Assembly: GCA_963789265.1 (NCBI GenBank)
Contig: CAWBKB010000003.1
Location: 1,024,001-1,088,000 of the forward strand
Direction of reading: 5' to 3'
Source: an uncultured delta proteobacterium
Lineage (GTDB): Bacteria > Desulfobacterota > Desulfomonilia > Desulfomonilales > Desulfomonilaceae
Length of the DNA stretch: 64,000 bases
Below, piece by piece: positions 19,172-31,868 of this stretch; position 1 is the stretch's first letter; each line of letters opens with the position of its first letter. The notes beneath the pieces were generated by a model. That model searched no databases and was not told the DNA's origin. It saw only the letters and a list, made by a program, of their open reading frames with translations. Made by a program: the position numbers and the translations under genes.

Positions 19172-21166
19172 CAAACACCACTCCTCACGATCTCCAGCAG
19201 TATGTCCGCTCTGAGGTCTTTGATTCTGAAGTAGTCTGCGTGCAGGACTTCCGCAAGCCTTGCCGAAAATCCGTATCGAAAGCCACCGTCACCTTCGGCG
19301 TCAACTACAATGGATTTGATGCGCTTCTGGGAGGCAAACTCTTTCGCGGCGTTGAGCGCCTCCCAGAACGGGTCCCCTTTTCCCATGCTTTCATTGGCCT
19401 TTCCATCGGTGATCATGATTAAGATCGACCGACACGCAGGATCTTTGAGCAGAACCTGGCGCAACACTTCTCGGCCCTTACGAAGGCCCGCTGCCAGTGG
19501 TGTTTTGCCTCCCACCGGGAGTTTCTTTCAACAGCTTTCCGGCCCGATAGATTGAGGATGTAGGAGGCAGGTTCACAACGGCCTCTTGCTTCCGAAACGA
19601 CACCATTGCCACGCGATCCCGCTTCTGATAGGCATCCTTCAGCAGCGACATAATCGCGCCTTTGGACGCTACCATGCGGCCTCTGGCGCCCATCGATCCA
19701 CTGGCATCCACAATGAAAAGCAGGAAGTTGCCTGTTCGCGTTTCTCGAAGCTTTTCCCGGATGTCCTCAACCCTGATCTCCACAAAGAGGTCGCTTTCAG
19801 CCTTTCTTCCCAACTGATGGGGCGCTGCTGCCCGAATTGTTGCATCCAGTGCAATATCATTGTTATATCTCTGCGCAGTACTTCTGACGTACTTGCCTCT
19901 CTTGCATCTAGTCCGCGTCCGAGATCGCCTGCCCGATCCATTCCGGAAAAGTTTGTCACGACGGTGGCCAATCTCCTTCACCTCGAACGTCGGCCCAATG
20001 TCAAAGATTGCTTCGGGACTGTCAGAGCGCTGGATCGGCCTCCGAGCAGCCCCCACGTTTATCTCTTGTGAGACTGCTCGTCGCGTCGGAGCATGGACCG
20101 GCTCTCCCTCAGAATACTCAGCAGGGTAACCGTGCCGCCGCGTTGCGTTACCTTCACTATTGTACACGGAAGTGACCGGTGAAAGATCCTCTGGAGGGGC
20201 TAATTTACGCGATCGGTGTGGGATAGCCATCGCGGCTGCATGCCGAACATCTTCCGATGTTGCCTCATCGCGCCCTTCAAACGCGGCTAAAGCCCTGGCG
20301 GCATGCGCTATGACTAGGTCGGCCCTGTGGCCTGCCACATTGTGATGAACGCAGATGTCGGCGATTAATCTGTCGAGGCTCCTCGGAAAGCCGATGCCCG
20401 GCAATATATCCATCGCCTCGGATATGCGCTGCCGCAAAAGGTTATCCTCTCTCTCGAACCGCTTGCAGAACGCCTCCGGTTCCCGGTCAAACGCGTCTCT
20501 TCGCCGAATGACTTCCACTCTCGAATCCACATCATCCTGGCCATGAACCTGGACGCACAATCCGAAACGATCCAACAACTGGGGTCTTAGCTCACCTTCT
20601 TCCGGATTCATCGTTCCCACCAGTATGAAACGGGCGGGGTGGCGATGCGCTATGCCCTCCCGCTCAACCACGTTTTCTCCCGAAGCGGATACATCTAAAA
20701 TTACGTCAACAAGGTGATCCGAGAGCAGATTCACTTCATCTATGTACAAAATGCCTCGGTTGGCCCGAGCTACAAGCCCGGGCTGGAACGTTCTGACGCC
20801 GTTAGTTATCGACGCAGAGAAGTCTAAGCCACCGACAACCATTTCCTCTGTGGCATTGAGAGGAAGCTCCACGACCCGCACCTTTCGTCTCCCGGCGGTG
20901 ACGCGGTTGCCGCGACAAGAGTCACACAAATCTTCAACTTTCATGGGATTGCATGAGAACGGGCAATCGGTCCCGACCACTATTTCGGGAAGGATGCGCG
21001 CCAGAGCTCTGACTGCCGTCGATTTCGCGGTTCCCCTTTCTCCTCTGATCAAGAGGCCGCCGACACTCGGGTTGATCACATTGAGTATCAACGCGAGTTT
21101 CATTGCATCCTGCCCCACTATGGCCGAAAAAGGATATGTATGTTGGCAGCGACAGGAACCGATCAA
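19171..21166 (-). CDS. Chelatase subunit D-like (AAA+ plus VWA); frameshift near 19512
   Basis: GERGTAKS, DEVNLL and VDASGSM (MIDAS); continues as GGKTPLAAGL...ITDGKAN in the next frame. Confidence 0.88.
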
Positions 21167-21231
21167 TTGCTTGTCTCGTAAACTTCGAACTTGGCTTCCA
21201 TGCTCGTAATCCCTCGGTCAAGGCGGGTCGC

Positions 21232-22092
21232 CTATACTTTTGGCTCTTTCCACCACGGGTAGAAGTCGGGCATGTCAGTTGTGGGGCTCATTGTGAAATG
21301 CGGGGCCCGCTTTTCCAAAAAGCTCTGAACTCCTTCACGAGAATCTTCCCGGCAACCGCACCAGTAAAAGCACCGCGAGTCGATAAGATGCGCGGACTGG
21401 GGATCTTTCTCAGAGAGTCCATGCCAGAGCATAGCCTTGCTCAGCGCGACCGAAACAGCAGAGGTATTTTCCGCGATCTCTTGTGCGATTGCCAGCGCCT
21501 TTGGCAACACTTCTTCGCGAGGGAGTACGTAGTTGAACAGTCCGGAAGCTGCCTCTTCCTCAGCTCGAAATATTCGGCCTGTGTATACAAGTTCAGCGGC
21601 TCGAGTAATGCCGACTATACGCGGGAGAAACCAGGACGAGCAGGCTTCGGGGACTACTCCACGCCGCGCAAAGACAAACCCGATCTTGGCATCCGCGGAG
21701 ACGATCCGTATATCCATGGGCAGCGTCATGGTAATTCCGATTCCGACGGCATGCCCGTTGATTGCCGCGATAACGGGTTTTCGGCAGTTGAAAATTGCCA
21801 GGGCCACTTTGCCTCCTCGGTCCCTGTGCTCACCTATTCGAATGTGGCTGCCGCCCAATTCCGATCTATCGAATGCGGAAGGACCGTCAGAAAGATCGGC
21901 CCCCGCGCAGAAAGCTTTGCCGGCCCCGGTGACCACGATTGCCCGTACAGCGTCGTCTCGATCCACTTCGGCAAAGATCTCCAGCAGCTCTCGGGCCATG
22001 ATTGGTGTAAATGCATTCATCTGCTCGGGACGGTAAAGTGTTACGGTGGCAACACCATTGACAATTTCGAATCGAGTATGCGTCAAATCCAA
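21232..22092 (-). CDS. Enoyl-CoA hydratase/crotonase family
   Basis: AFCAGADL, KPVIAAINGHAVGIG and EGVQSFLEKRAP. Confidence 0.93.
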   Translation of the reverse strand: MDLTHTRFEIVNGVATVTLYRPEQMNAFTPIMARELLEIFAEVDRDDAVRAIVVTGAGKAFCAGADLSDGPSAFDRSELGGSHIRIGEHRDRGGKVALAIFNCRKPVIAAINGHAVGIGITMTLPMDIRIVSADAKIGFVFARRGVVPEACSSWFLPRIVGITRAAELVYTGRIFRAEEEAASGLFNYVLPREEVLPKALAIAQEIAENTSAVSVALSKAMLWHGLSEKDPQSAHLIDSRCFYWCGCREDSREGVQSFLEKRAPHFTMSPTTDMPDFYPWWKEPKV

Positions 22093-22416
22093 TTCTTTTT
22101 ACCTCGGCTTTCTTTGGCGATCGTTTTGAGGGGTGTTTGATATTGTAGCATGAGACTCACCGCCCTTAAGAGGCTTCCAGCTCACCGATCAGTGTAACAT
22201 AACCCGCCGCACCATGAGAGGTACTCGAACCATAGTTCTTTCAGTACTTCTTTGCACAACACCAAAGCCTAAGGAGTCCGGAAACTCATGGCCTGATAAA
22301 AAGATACGTGCTATGGATGGGTTTGGCATAGTCTGGCCCTGGAACAACCATAGCCCTGCGCTGCGTGCCAAGTCTTTCCACGAGAAGCATTCCACCACTT
22401 TTTCGGGGACATTCTT

Positions 22417-25400
22417 ATGAATTTTGATGTGACGCTAACCGCTAGAGATGTACAGGAACTCTCGAATTCAGATGCGGTCACGGCCTTCTTTGCACGTTTG
22501 GGATGGCGCACCGACGTCCGAATCGAGCAGAGTCCCGGCAACCTGGGCATCACGGCTGAAGGAACAGTGAAACCCATCAAGAAGATCGAACTCATCGCCG
22601 ATCAGGATGGGGCTCTTCAGGTCTATATTTTTGAGTTGGCGAGCGTCACGATTGCAAATAGACGAGCCATTGTTCGAGCCTTCCGTGAAAGGGCGGGAAA
22701 TTACCTTCTCGTTTTCACGAGCGCATACGACCGACTTGATTTCATCTTGGTTGAAAAATATCTTCCGTCCCGACCTGCCGGGCGCACCATTGGGGTGGTC
22801 TCTGTGGGAGTTCGCCCCCGACCCCTAAGCGTGGACAGGCGAAAGCCCACAACAGTTAATTTGCGAGTGCTGAGACGGTTTAGCTACACCGAAAGCGATC
22901 CCTATGCTCAGTATGACAAGCTGTTGTCGGCATATTCTATCGCGGACTGGTCTGAAGAGCATTTCAATAATCGAGCACTCTTTTCCGACTATTATCTCAC
23001 GGAACGGCTTCCCGGTTTGCCTGTATGGCAAGAAGACCCCAAGCCCGCTTACATGTCGCTCTCCAAGACCTATCGAGGGGCTTCGGCCCAGCTCGCCAAT
23101 AATACTGTGGGGACTCTTCAAGCAGACCTGTTTGAGCCCGCTGCTGACATTCTGGGTTTCCATTACAAGAAAGTCCATCATCGAAAGCCGGGAGAGGCGA
23201 AGCCAAGCTACGAACTTTACTATGAAGATGGTGAGGAAAAGCCTGTTGCCACGGCCCTTGTCTATCCGTGGGGACGGTATCTGGACGGCAAAGATTACAC
23301 CCGTGACGCTGACACCGCGGACGAGAATCCCGGAGCTATCGTAGTAAGTCTGCTTGAAAAAGGAGAAGCGCCGTGGGCAATCGTCACCAATGGGAGAATC
23401 TGGCGTCTCTATTCGGCGAAGGCTCATTCGAGAGCCACCAATTACTATGAAATTGATGTTGAGGAGTTGCTCTCGCAGGACACGAGCGAATTTTCCGATC
23501 CGGCAACAGCCTTCCGCTACTTCTGGCTGCTGTTCAGGAGCCAATCATTCGTCGGCAAGGCCCAGTATAGGGAAGGCCGTGAGGTTGTCGCGTCCTTTCT
23601 GGATCGACTTTTCAGCGACAGCGAAGATTATGCCACAGAACTTGGAGAGCGGTTAAAGGGTCGAGTCTTCGACGACATCTTCCCGCATATCTCCGAGGGG
23701 TTCATTTCATTAATTCGGAAGAGAGACGGCGTTCAGGCCGATCTGTCGCAGGAAGCCTTGGACGAAGTGTTCCAAGGCACTCTGGCCCTTTTGTACCGCA
23801 TCCTATTTCTGCTTTACGCTGAGGCACGCGACCTGTTGCCGGTCAAGGAAGTCCGCGGCTATTACGAATTGAGTCTAAAGAAGATCAAGGAAGAAGTGGC
23901 CGACATCGCGGGGAAAATCGAGGACGAAGCTGGACAAAAGCTGAAAAAAGGGTTCCGCGATGACGAATATGGTCTCTACGAGCGCCTCACGACACTGTTC
24001 AAGGTTTCTGGACAGCGGTGATGCAGCCCTGAACGTGCCTTTTTACAACGGAGGACTCTTTCTGTCGAATCCTGAAGAGGGCGACGAGACCCCGGAAGCT
24101 GTGAATGCCCGATTCCTGAACTCTACCAAACTGGCGGATAGGTATCTCGCCAGAGCCATTGACCTCCTGGCGCGAGATGTGGACACGAAGACTCAGGCGC
24201 TCGCATTCATTGATTATAAGTCGTTGGGCGTCAGACAACTCGGTTCCATCTACGAAGGGCTATTGGAGTTCAAGCTTCGGATCGCACCTGAGAAGATGGT
24301 GATCGTTAAGGGCAAGAAGACAGAAGAGATTATTCCGTACCGAGAAGCGAACAAAGAAAAGCGCAAGATTTTGACCAATGGCCGAGGGAAGAGTGCGGAA
24401 GAACGCGTCTGGCCTAAAGGAAAGGTCTACCTCGAAAATGACAAACGTGAGCGCAAGGCAACCGGCTCGTACTATCCCCCAACCACATCGTCAAGTACAT
24501 AGTTGAAAATGCTGTGGGACTTGTCCTGAAAGGGAAGTTCGAGGCGTTGCACGCGAAGCTAAGGAAAGCCCAGGCTGACAGGAAGGCTTTCTTTGACAGG
24601 CAAAAGGCTTTTGCCAAATCCGGGATGAAACCGGAACCGAAAAGCAAGGCTGATTTGATCGGCCAAGAAGTGGTTGACGAACTCTTCGATGTGAAGGTGC
24701 TCGACCCCGCGATGGGTTCCGGTCATTTCCTGGTTGAAGCCGTGGACTTCATTACTGACAAGGCACTGGATTTTCTCAACGGTTTCCCGTGGAATCCGGT
24801 CTCAGTGCATCTTGAAAAGATGCGCCTGGAAATATTGAAGGAAATGGATGACCTGGGCATCACGATAGATGCCAACCGCCTCTCCGATGTGAATCTCCTC
24901 AAAAGGCACGTCCTCAAGCGCTGCATTTATGGGGTCGATCTCAATCCTATGGCCGTCGAACTTGCCAAGGTGTCATTGTGGCTCGATTGCTTTACACTTG
25001 GGGCTCCCCTTTCTTTTCTGGATCACCATATCAAATGTGGGAACTCGCTTATCGGGGTGACGGTGGACGAGTCCGCGAAGCAGTGGAAGGCGGTCAAGAG
25101 GTGTTGTGGGGCTCACAGTTCACGCACCTAAAGTTGGCCGCCGAAAGCATGCGGGAGGTGGGTGATCTGTCAGACCTCACGAGCAAACAAGTGAAGCAGT
25201 CTCGAAAGAAGTTCCTTGAAGCATCTGACTTGCTTGCGCCGTACAAAAGAATTTTGGACATCTACACGAGTCAATGGTTCGGTAATAAACCAGTAAAGAC
25301 ACGGAAAGGAAAGAAAGGAGTTTTTCAGAATCCTAGCGTGGACTTTCTCAAAAGCGACGAGGCCCATACCTACATTCAACAGCGGCAGTCAAGACAACTG

Positions 25401-26837
25401 AGCGCCTATGGAAAGAAACTGGTGGCGACAGCCACCAATGCTCAGGCGCAAAAGCGGTTTTTTCATTGGGAATTGGAATTCCCTGAAATCTTTTTTGAGA
25501 AAGGCATGAGAAAACCAAGGGCTGGATTTGATGTTGTGGTTGGAAATCCGCCGTACGTGCGACAAGAAGGTCTTGGTGAGGACAAAGAATTTCTTATGTG
25601 TTCGCACTCACCCGTATATTCTGGCACAGCAGACCTCTATGTGTACTTTTATCACCTGGGCCTGGCGGTCTGTCGAGATGACGGCTTCTTTGGAATGATT
25701 ACCTCCAACAAGTTCCTCCGAGCAGCGTACGGTAAGTCCCTAAGGCAATATCTTGCGAAACACCAAATTTTCCAAATCATAGATTTTCGTGACTTACCGG
25801 TTTTTGAGGATGCAACGTCCTATCCCCTAATTTTGTTATTGAAAAAATCGCCAGCTCAGGAATCGTCAGTTGTAGGCGTTTATCCAGTTGAATCCATCAA
25901 CCAAATAGAGCACTTATCTGACGCATTTGCGCAAGGGGCAACCCCACTGCAGTCCGGGCGATTAAGAGGCGACCAATGGCTACTTCAGGGATCAGAGGTG
26001 AGCGATTTATGCGAGAAAATAAGAAATAGTGGGCGCCCCTTGACCGAAATCGTCAAGGGTCAGTTTTTCCGTGGCATAGTGAAAGGATTTAATAAGGCTT
26101 TCCTAATTGACGAACAGACCAGATCTGAACTCTTGGAGGAAGATGCCAGGAGCGACGAAATAATCAAGCCTTTCTTACGTGGACGGGACATAAAGCGGTA
26201 CGCATTAAACTTTACGGGACACTATTTGATATTTACAAGACGCGGCATCAACATCGACAGGTACCCGGCAGTAAAGAGACATCTGGCACAATGGAGAGAG
26301 AAGTTGACTCCAAAGAAAGATGAAAGCGATGCAGGCCCAGGACGTAAGCCTGGCCCTTACAAATGGTATGAAATTCAAGATGCAATCGCATATCATGAGG
26401 AGTTCTTAAGCCCCAAAATTGTTTGGCCTGATATATCACCCTCGTGCAATTTCGCCTATGATGAATCGGGGCATTTCGTGGGTGACACGGGAAACATCAT
26501 GGTCACAAATGATCTTACTCTCTTGGCGTTACTAAACAGCAAAATAATAGAATTCTATTATCGGCACTCGGCGGCTCAAGTGCGGGGCGGGTATCTCAGA
26601 TTCAAGTCAGTTTATATGCAGGCTTTGCCCATTGTGGAGCTTCCACACTCAGACCGAAAAAGTCTTGAGGATGCAATTCGCAACCTATTCTCGGCTTCCG
26701 ATGATGCTGTCGCCGTCGAACAACTGGAACACAAGATAAATGAGCTTGTCTGCCATGCCTACGGAATGACGCATCGCGAAATCTCTACCGTGGAGGAATT
26801 CATCAGCCTGGGAAACAAGAACTGCCACTGTTCATGA
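22417..26837 (+). CDS. Type IIG (Eco57I-like) restriction-modification enzyme; frameshifts near 24010, 24478 and 25068
   Basis: WAIVTNGRIWRLY nuclease region, LYRILFLLYAEAR, YNGGLF, QLGSIYEGLL, RKATGSYY, DPAMGSGHFL (motif I), GNPPYV (motif IV) and a TaqI-C-like TRD. Confidence 0.88.
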
Positions 26838-26934
26838 CATTGGCCCAAAGCGCATAAATATCTGAGATGAGTAGGTCAAATCGCCCGAAGGGGGTACTAT
26901 CCCAGACAAAAACAGCGATTGGTGAGGAAACTTC

Positions 26935-27207
26935 ATGTTAGTTCCCTACGTCATAGACAATCAAACCCACAAGATGAGAAACGTGCTGGCCTCGCTTCTG
27001 AAAGAGCACGAGGGCCGATGCCTGGACATAGCCACAGCCTATTTCAATGTCGGGGTTTGAAGATTCAGCGATCGGCCCCAACGCCGCAAGCTTGCTCCAA
27101 GGAGCCAGCCCATACAAGATGCCATTGACGCGGTATTGTTCAAGCGTTACGGGTTGTCGAATGATGATGCCGAGTACGTCAAGAAGCGCCTTAAGGAGAT
27201 GCTGTGA
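26935..27207 (+). pseudogene. Deletion scar: 5' end of a PLD/SNF2 helicase-like gene joined to the 3' end of an R-M-like gene
   Basis: MLVPYVIDNQTHKMRNVLASLLKEHEGRCLDIATAYFNVGV* is followed by ...QDAIDAVLFKRYGLSNDDAEYVKKRLKEML*. Confidence 0.6.
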
Positions 27208-27217
27208 ATTGCCCGAA

Positions 27218-27276
27218 CGTAGGGGCGGGTTTCAAACCCGCCCAAAAATCTGGGCAGGTTTGAAACCTGCCCCTAC
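27218..27276. repeat. REP doublet (REPIN) upstream of the RAYT
   Basis: gtaggggcgggtttcaaacccgccc ... gggcaggtttgaaacctgcccctac, inverted GTAG-type REPs. Confidence 0.85.
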
Positions 27277-27290
27277 AACGATGGTTGTGC

Positions 27291-27857
27291 ATGATATACG
27301 ATCCTGAAAAACATCTGAGACGCTCGATACGTCTGAAAGGATACGACTATTCCACGGCTGGAGCATATTTTGTTACTGTCTGCACGTACCGGCGGGAATG
27401 TTTCCTTGGCGAAATCGCAGACGGGCAAATGCGGTTGAGTGATGCTGGACGAATGGTCCACTTGATTTGGGAGCAGTTGCCCGATCATTATCCTTATATT
27501 AAATTGGACGCCTTTGTAATTATGCCCAATCATGTACATGGGATAGTCATGTTAAACGATTCGACAGATGTGGTAGGGGCGGGTTTGAAACCCGCCCGAG
27601 ATGTGAGGGCAGGTCTCAAACCCGCCTCTACCGCCGGCGGAAAACGTCATGGTATCCCAGAAATCATCCGGGCATTCAAGACATTCGCATCTCGTCGCAT
27701 TAATGAATCTCGGGAAATGATGGGCGTGCCTACATGGCAACGCAACTATTACGAACATGTTGTCCGCAATGACAGGGCTCTCAACGCGATCCGAAATTAT
27801 ATAGAAGCAAACCCCTCGCAATGGGATAATGATCCCGAAAATCCTGAGCGTAACTGA
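27291..27857 (+). mobile_element. REP-associated tyrosine transposase (RAYT, IS200-like Y1 HUH)
   Basis: RRSIRLKGYDYS, YFVTVCT, MPNHVHGI (HUH) and WQRNYYEHVVR. Confidence 0.9.
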
Positions 27858-27869
27858 TAGGGGGCAACG

Positions 27870-28163
27870 ATGACCAGCGATGAAATCCTAAAGAAACTGG
27901 AAGAAAACCGCGAAACCATCAGGTCTTTCGGAGTTCGCCGACTTGGGATATTTGGTTCGTACGCCCGCAGTGAACAAAGCGAGGCCAGTGATATGGACTT
28001 CCTTGTGGAGTTCGAGCGTCCCACCTTCAAGAACTATTTCGGTCTCAAATTCTTCTTGGAAAAACTCTTTGACTGTAAAGTAGACTTGGTCTTCCATGAC
28101 ACCATCAAGCCGCGAATTCGCAACACGATTCTGGAGGAAACAGTCTATGCCGAGGGACTATAG
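27870..28163 (+). CDS. Minimal nucleotidyltransferase (MNT) antitoxin
   Basis: FGSYARSEQSEASDMDFLV motif. Confidence 0.9.
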   Translation: MTSDEILKKLEENRETIRSFGVRRLGIFGSYARSEQSEASDMDFLVEFERPTFKNYFGLKFFLEKLFDCKVDLVFHDTIKPRIRNTILEETVYAEGL

Positions 28164-28488
28164 GCTCTATATGGATGATATTCTCGAATCCTGCCGAAAG
28201 ATCCGCCAGTTCACGGAGGGAGTGTCTTTCCAGGAATTTGAACAAAACATCATGATGCAAGATGCAGTCATGAGAAATTTCGAGATAATCGGCGAAGCGG
28301 TCAATCACTTGCCGGACGAAATCAAATCTCTCTATCATGATACTGAATTGGCCGAAATCGTCGGATTTCGCAATATATTGGCTCACGGGTATTTCGTCAT
28401 TAAATTGGAAACCGTCTGGTCGGCAATCGAAGAGGGGTTGCCCAGTCTAGAACAGCAGACTAAGGCACTTCTCGGAGAGGAGTCTTGA
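28147..28488 (+). CDS. HEPN/DUF86 RNase toxin (MNT-HEPN pair)
   Basis: DAVMRNFEIIGEA and RNILAHGY (RxxxxH); overlaps the MNT gene. Confidence 0.9.
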   Translation: MPRDYRLYMDDILESCRKIRQFTEGVSFQEFEQNIMMQDAVMRNFEIIGEAVNHLPDEIKSLYHDTELAEIVGFRNILAHGYFVIKLETVWSAIEEGLPSLEQQTKALLGEES

Positions 28489-28545
28489 TGTTCATGCCTC
28501 ACGTCGTGGACGATCAGACCACACCCGATTGGGAAGCAGGCAGCA

Positions 28546-29005
28546 TCAAAAATCAAAGAGTCCCATTTCTTTATATGCGTCACGCCACTCCGGAGAAAAG
28601 CAAGCATCCAGCATGGGCGCCAACCGTTTCATAGTGTGGACCCAGGTCGATTCTCCCTTTTCGAGGAGCTGGAATAGTTCTTCTAAGAGCTTGTCGAGCT
28701 TATCAATATTCTCTTTTATGATGAAGGATCCCGCCCCGCGTAACATGGACTCCAAAACGTGTCCCGGGTCCAAGGCATGCGCGGTAAGCATTACAGCGGG
28801 AAAATTTCGTTCTACCGCGATATCCAGCAAATCCATGCCCCGGACGCCCATTATGTCAAGAATGACCATGTCGTACGTTTCGGTAACGAGCAGCCTCCTG
28901 GCCGCTTCAAAGCTTCCGGCTGTCTGGACATCATAGGAATCTAGAAACTTCCAGAATTGTTTCCAGGACATCCGGTTCGTCATCCACTGCCAGGATCTTT
29001 TTCAT
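28546..29005 (-). CDS. Stand-alone response regulator receiver; frameshift near 28947
   Basis: MKKILAVDDEPDVLETILE from ATG 29005 joins LDSYDVQTA...ILDIMG...MLTAH...K in another frame. Confidence 0.8.
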
Positions 29006-29295
29006 GTCCGTCCGCGTCCTTTTGCAAGGAGTATGGTCTTCTTGCACCAGCTTAGCCCAAGAAGGACTTTTAGCACAATAAAGAAAATCACATCAAGCAG
29101 GTACAAAATCAGATGCGAGTCCTTTGCCGGATTGGGCCTAAGCCTCGCTGCACCCGGTAGGCCGAAACTATATTGCCATATATTGGGGCATCGTGTAAAA
29201 CTGATCGCAGTTTTGGACCGCGTCAAAGCACTCGGGACCGCGTGCTGTTCGCCCAGATTTTGCCGCCGTTGCAGTCTTGGAAACGGAGAGATCGC

Positions 29296-31260
29296 ATGTC
29301 TGAAGCTTCGGAACGGTATGACCCCCATCTGGATGAGTATCGTGAAACGGCCTATATAAAAAGCCCGGAAATGTACAGAGAACTCTACGAAAGATCATTG
29401 AATTCTCCCGAGATCTTCTGGGCTGAGCAGGCTGAAGGCTATCTTTCGTGGATCAAAAAGTGGGATGTTGTGGTCCGGTCTGACTTTGAAGAAGCAAGGA
29501 TCGAGTGGTTCCGTGGGGGGATACTCAACGCAGCTTATAATTGTGTGGATCGACATATCGAGAAACTTGGTCACAAGCCCGCTTACCACTGGGAGGGCGA
29601 GGAACCCGGCCGGGCTTTCAGCGTCACATATCGGCAGCTTTACGAAAAAGTAAATAAGTTCGCGGCTGTGCTGAAGTCCAGAGGGGTTGCACGCGGGGAC
29701 AGAGTGGTCATTTATATGCCGATGGTGCTTGAGCTGCCCATCGCCATGCTGGCGTGCGCCCGGATCGGCGCGGTCCACTGCGTAGTCTACTCGGGCTTCG
29801 GAGAATCAGCGCTTGCATATCGTATTCAAGACTGCCTTGCTAAGGCGGTGATCACCTCCGACGGAAGCTTTCGCGGCGGCAAACCGGTGCCGCTAAAATC
29901 TAAAGTTGATACAGCCCTCAAGAGCTGCAACTCGGTGGACGTGGTAATAGTCCTTAAGCACACTGACGAACCAATCCAACTGAGTGGCACTAGGGACATC
30001 TGGTGGCACGATGCGGTTGCCGATCCTGCTTTGCCTTCGCACGTCGATCCTGAACCCATGGGCGCAGAGGATCCACTCTTTATCTTGTATGCAAGCGGGC
30101 CTTCCGGAAAGCCAAAAGGGTTTGTCCATACTCACGGCGGGTACTTGCTCTACGCCTCGATGACATGTCGTCTAGTGTTCGATTTGAAGGACGAGGAAAC
30201 TTTTTGGATGACTGAGGACATAGGTTGGATGGCCGGGCACAGTTATGCAGTCTACGGACCACTGTTAAACGGCCTCACCTCTGTCATTTTCGAGGGTGTG
30301 CCCGGATATTCGGACCCCAACAGATTATGGGAAATCGTGGCCAAGCACAAGGTGGACAAATTCTGCACTCTGCCAAGCATTGTCCGATTCGTCGCCGAAC
30401 AGGCCCCAAACTCCGTGGATGGTCACGATATTACCTCACTCAAGCTGCTGGGGCTCATGCGCGAAATGGTTAGCCCGGAAACGTGGAAGTGGTTCTACGA
30501 ACGGGTGGGCAGAGGGCGGTGCCCCGTAGTGACTGTGTATTCTCAAGCTGAGGCAGGGGGAATTCTAATTGCGCCTTTTCCTGCTGCCGCGCCATTGAAA
30601 GCCGGCTGTTGCTCACTTCCTTTCTTCGGGGTGAAGCCGGTGATATTGGATCCCGGCACGGGGGAAGAAGCCAAGTTTCCCAATCAAGAAGGTGTGCTTT
30701 GTATCGACCGCGCTTGGCCGGGTATGGCCAGGACGATCTTCGGCGATCACGAGCGATTCCTGGAAGGCCATTTCAATCGAGTTCCGGGTCTGTTCTTCAC
30801 CGGCGACGGAGCCAAGCAGGACGAAGACCGCCAATATTGGATAATCGGCCGGGTCGACGATGTCATCAATTCGGCGGGGCATCGACTGGGAATACCCGAA
30901 CTGGAGTCGATAATTATTCAGCACGAAAAGGTGGCTGAGGTTGCGGTAGTCGGCTATCCACACCCCATGAAAGGCAGGGGGGTGTATGCGTTCGTGCACC
31001 TTCGGGATCAAGCGGATCAGTCCGCAGAACTCAAAGGTGAGCTTGTGGACCTGGTACGCGACACGGTCGCAGACTTCGCGGAAATCGATTTTATACAGTG
31101 GGTTAACACTTTGCCACGGACTCCCAGCGGTAAGATCCTCAGGGTAATCCTTCAAAAGATCGCGGCAGGCGATGTTTCGAGCCTGAAAGATTTTTCCGCC
31201 ATTGCCGATCCCACGGTTGTCGAGAGCCTTGTTAAGGGCCGGTTAGAGCTGGGCTCATAG
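29296..31260 (+). CDS. Acetyl-CoA synthetase paralogue with degenerate motifs
   Basis: Collinear with 46386-48350, but carries [30 protein letters not shown] and [10 protein letters not shown]. Confidence 0.85.
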   Translation: MSEASERYDPHLDEYRETAYIKSPEMYRELYERSLNSPEIFWAEQAEGYLSWIKKWDVVVRSDFEEARIEWFRGGILNAAYNCVDRHIEKLGHKPAYHWEGEEPGRAFSVTYRQLYEKVNKFAAVLKSRGVARGDRVVIYMPMVLELPIAMLACARIGAVHCVVYSGFGESALAYRIQDCLAKAVITSDGSFRGGKPVPLKSKVDTALKSCNSVDVVIVLKHTDEPIQLSGTRDIWWHDAVADPALPSHVDPEPMGAEDPLFILYASGPSGKPKGFVHTHGGYLLYASMTCRLVFDLKDEETFWMTEDIGWMAGHSYAVYGPLLNGLTSVIFEGVPGYSDPNRLWEIVAKHKVDKFCTLPSIVRFVAEQAPNSVDGHDITSLKLLGLMREMVSPETWKWFYERVGRGRCPVVTVYSQAEAGGILIAPFPAAAPLKAGCCSLPFFGVKPVILDPGTGEEAKFPNQEGVLCIDRAWPGMARTIFGDHERFLEGHFNRVPGLFFTGDGAKQDEDRQYWIIGRVDDVINSAGHRLGIPELESIIIQHEKVAEVAVVGYPHPMKGRGVYAFVHLRDQADQSAELKGELVDLVRDTVADFAEIDFIQWVNTLPRTPSGKILRVILQKIAAGDVSSLKDFSAIADPTVVESLVKGRLELGS

Positions 31261-31360
31261 CGTTACAATCCAGCCGGCGGTTCAGCGCGGCAGAAAGTAT
31301 TATTGGCTTTGGTGCATCGCGGAACTATCTTTTTAGGCCGGCGCGCCACGAAAGATGATC

Positions 31361-31868
31361 ATGGACCACACGGAGCAAAGGACTTTCCATGACAGGCTTG
31401 GTACGCCGTTTACCGTGGTGAGTTGCGACGCAGGCGACTTTTGGCGCATCCTCGACATGTACAGACTCTTTTATGCCCGAAGCGGTTGCCCAGGGTCTCC
31501 CTCCGACAGACAAAGCGACACGACACATCTGGATACAAACTCTTCTCGAATCCGGCGAAAACTATGCTGCCATCATAGAGGGGAAGGTCGTGGGCCATTC
31601 GGCTATCTTGCCGAACAGAGAGACAAACGATGCTGAGTATGTGATTTTTGTGGGTGGACCTCACAGGAAGCGCGGCCTTGCGACGGTCCTCACCCAAATG
31701 GCAATTCAGCGCGCAAAAACACTGGGTTTGAAATCGGTCTGGCTCACCGTGGAGTCGGACAATTTCAAGGCCATAAGGCTGTATAAAAAAATGGGTTTTC
31801 AGTTTTGTGATGGAGGCCTGTCCGAGAGAAAAATGACATTGAGAATTGAGGGAAACGATGGCGCTTAA
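31361..31868 (+). CDS. GNAT acetyltransferase; frameshift near 31470
   Basis: AQGLPP, HRKRGLAT (motif A) and NFKAIRLYKKMGF; the N-terminus is in the preceding frame. Confidence 0.85.

Noticed and set aside
18116..21166. Evidence of photosynthesis
   Set aside because: ChlI/ChlD-like proteins are common in non-phototrophs, and no other bch/chl genes are present.
21103..22140. 345-aa plus-strand ORF
   Set aside because: Antisense shadow of the crotonase with no motifs. The same applies to ORFs such as 41372-42151, 22825-23544, 33553-34245 and 46893-47495.
22417..26837. BREX or DISARM system
   Set aside because: No pglZ, brxC or drm genes in the window; only a IIG-like enzyme.
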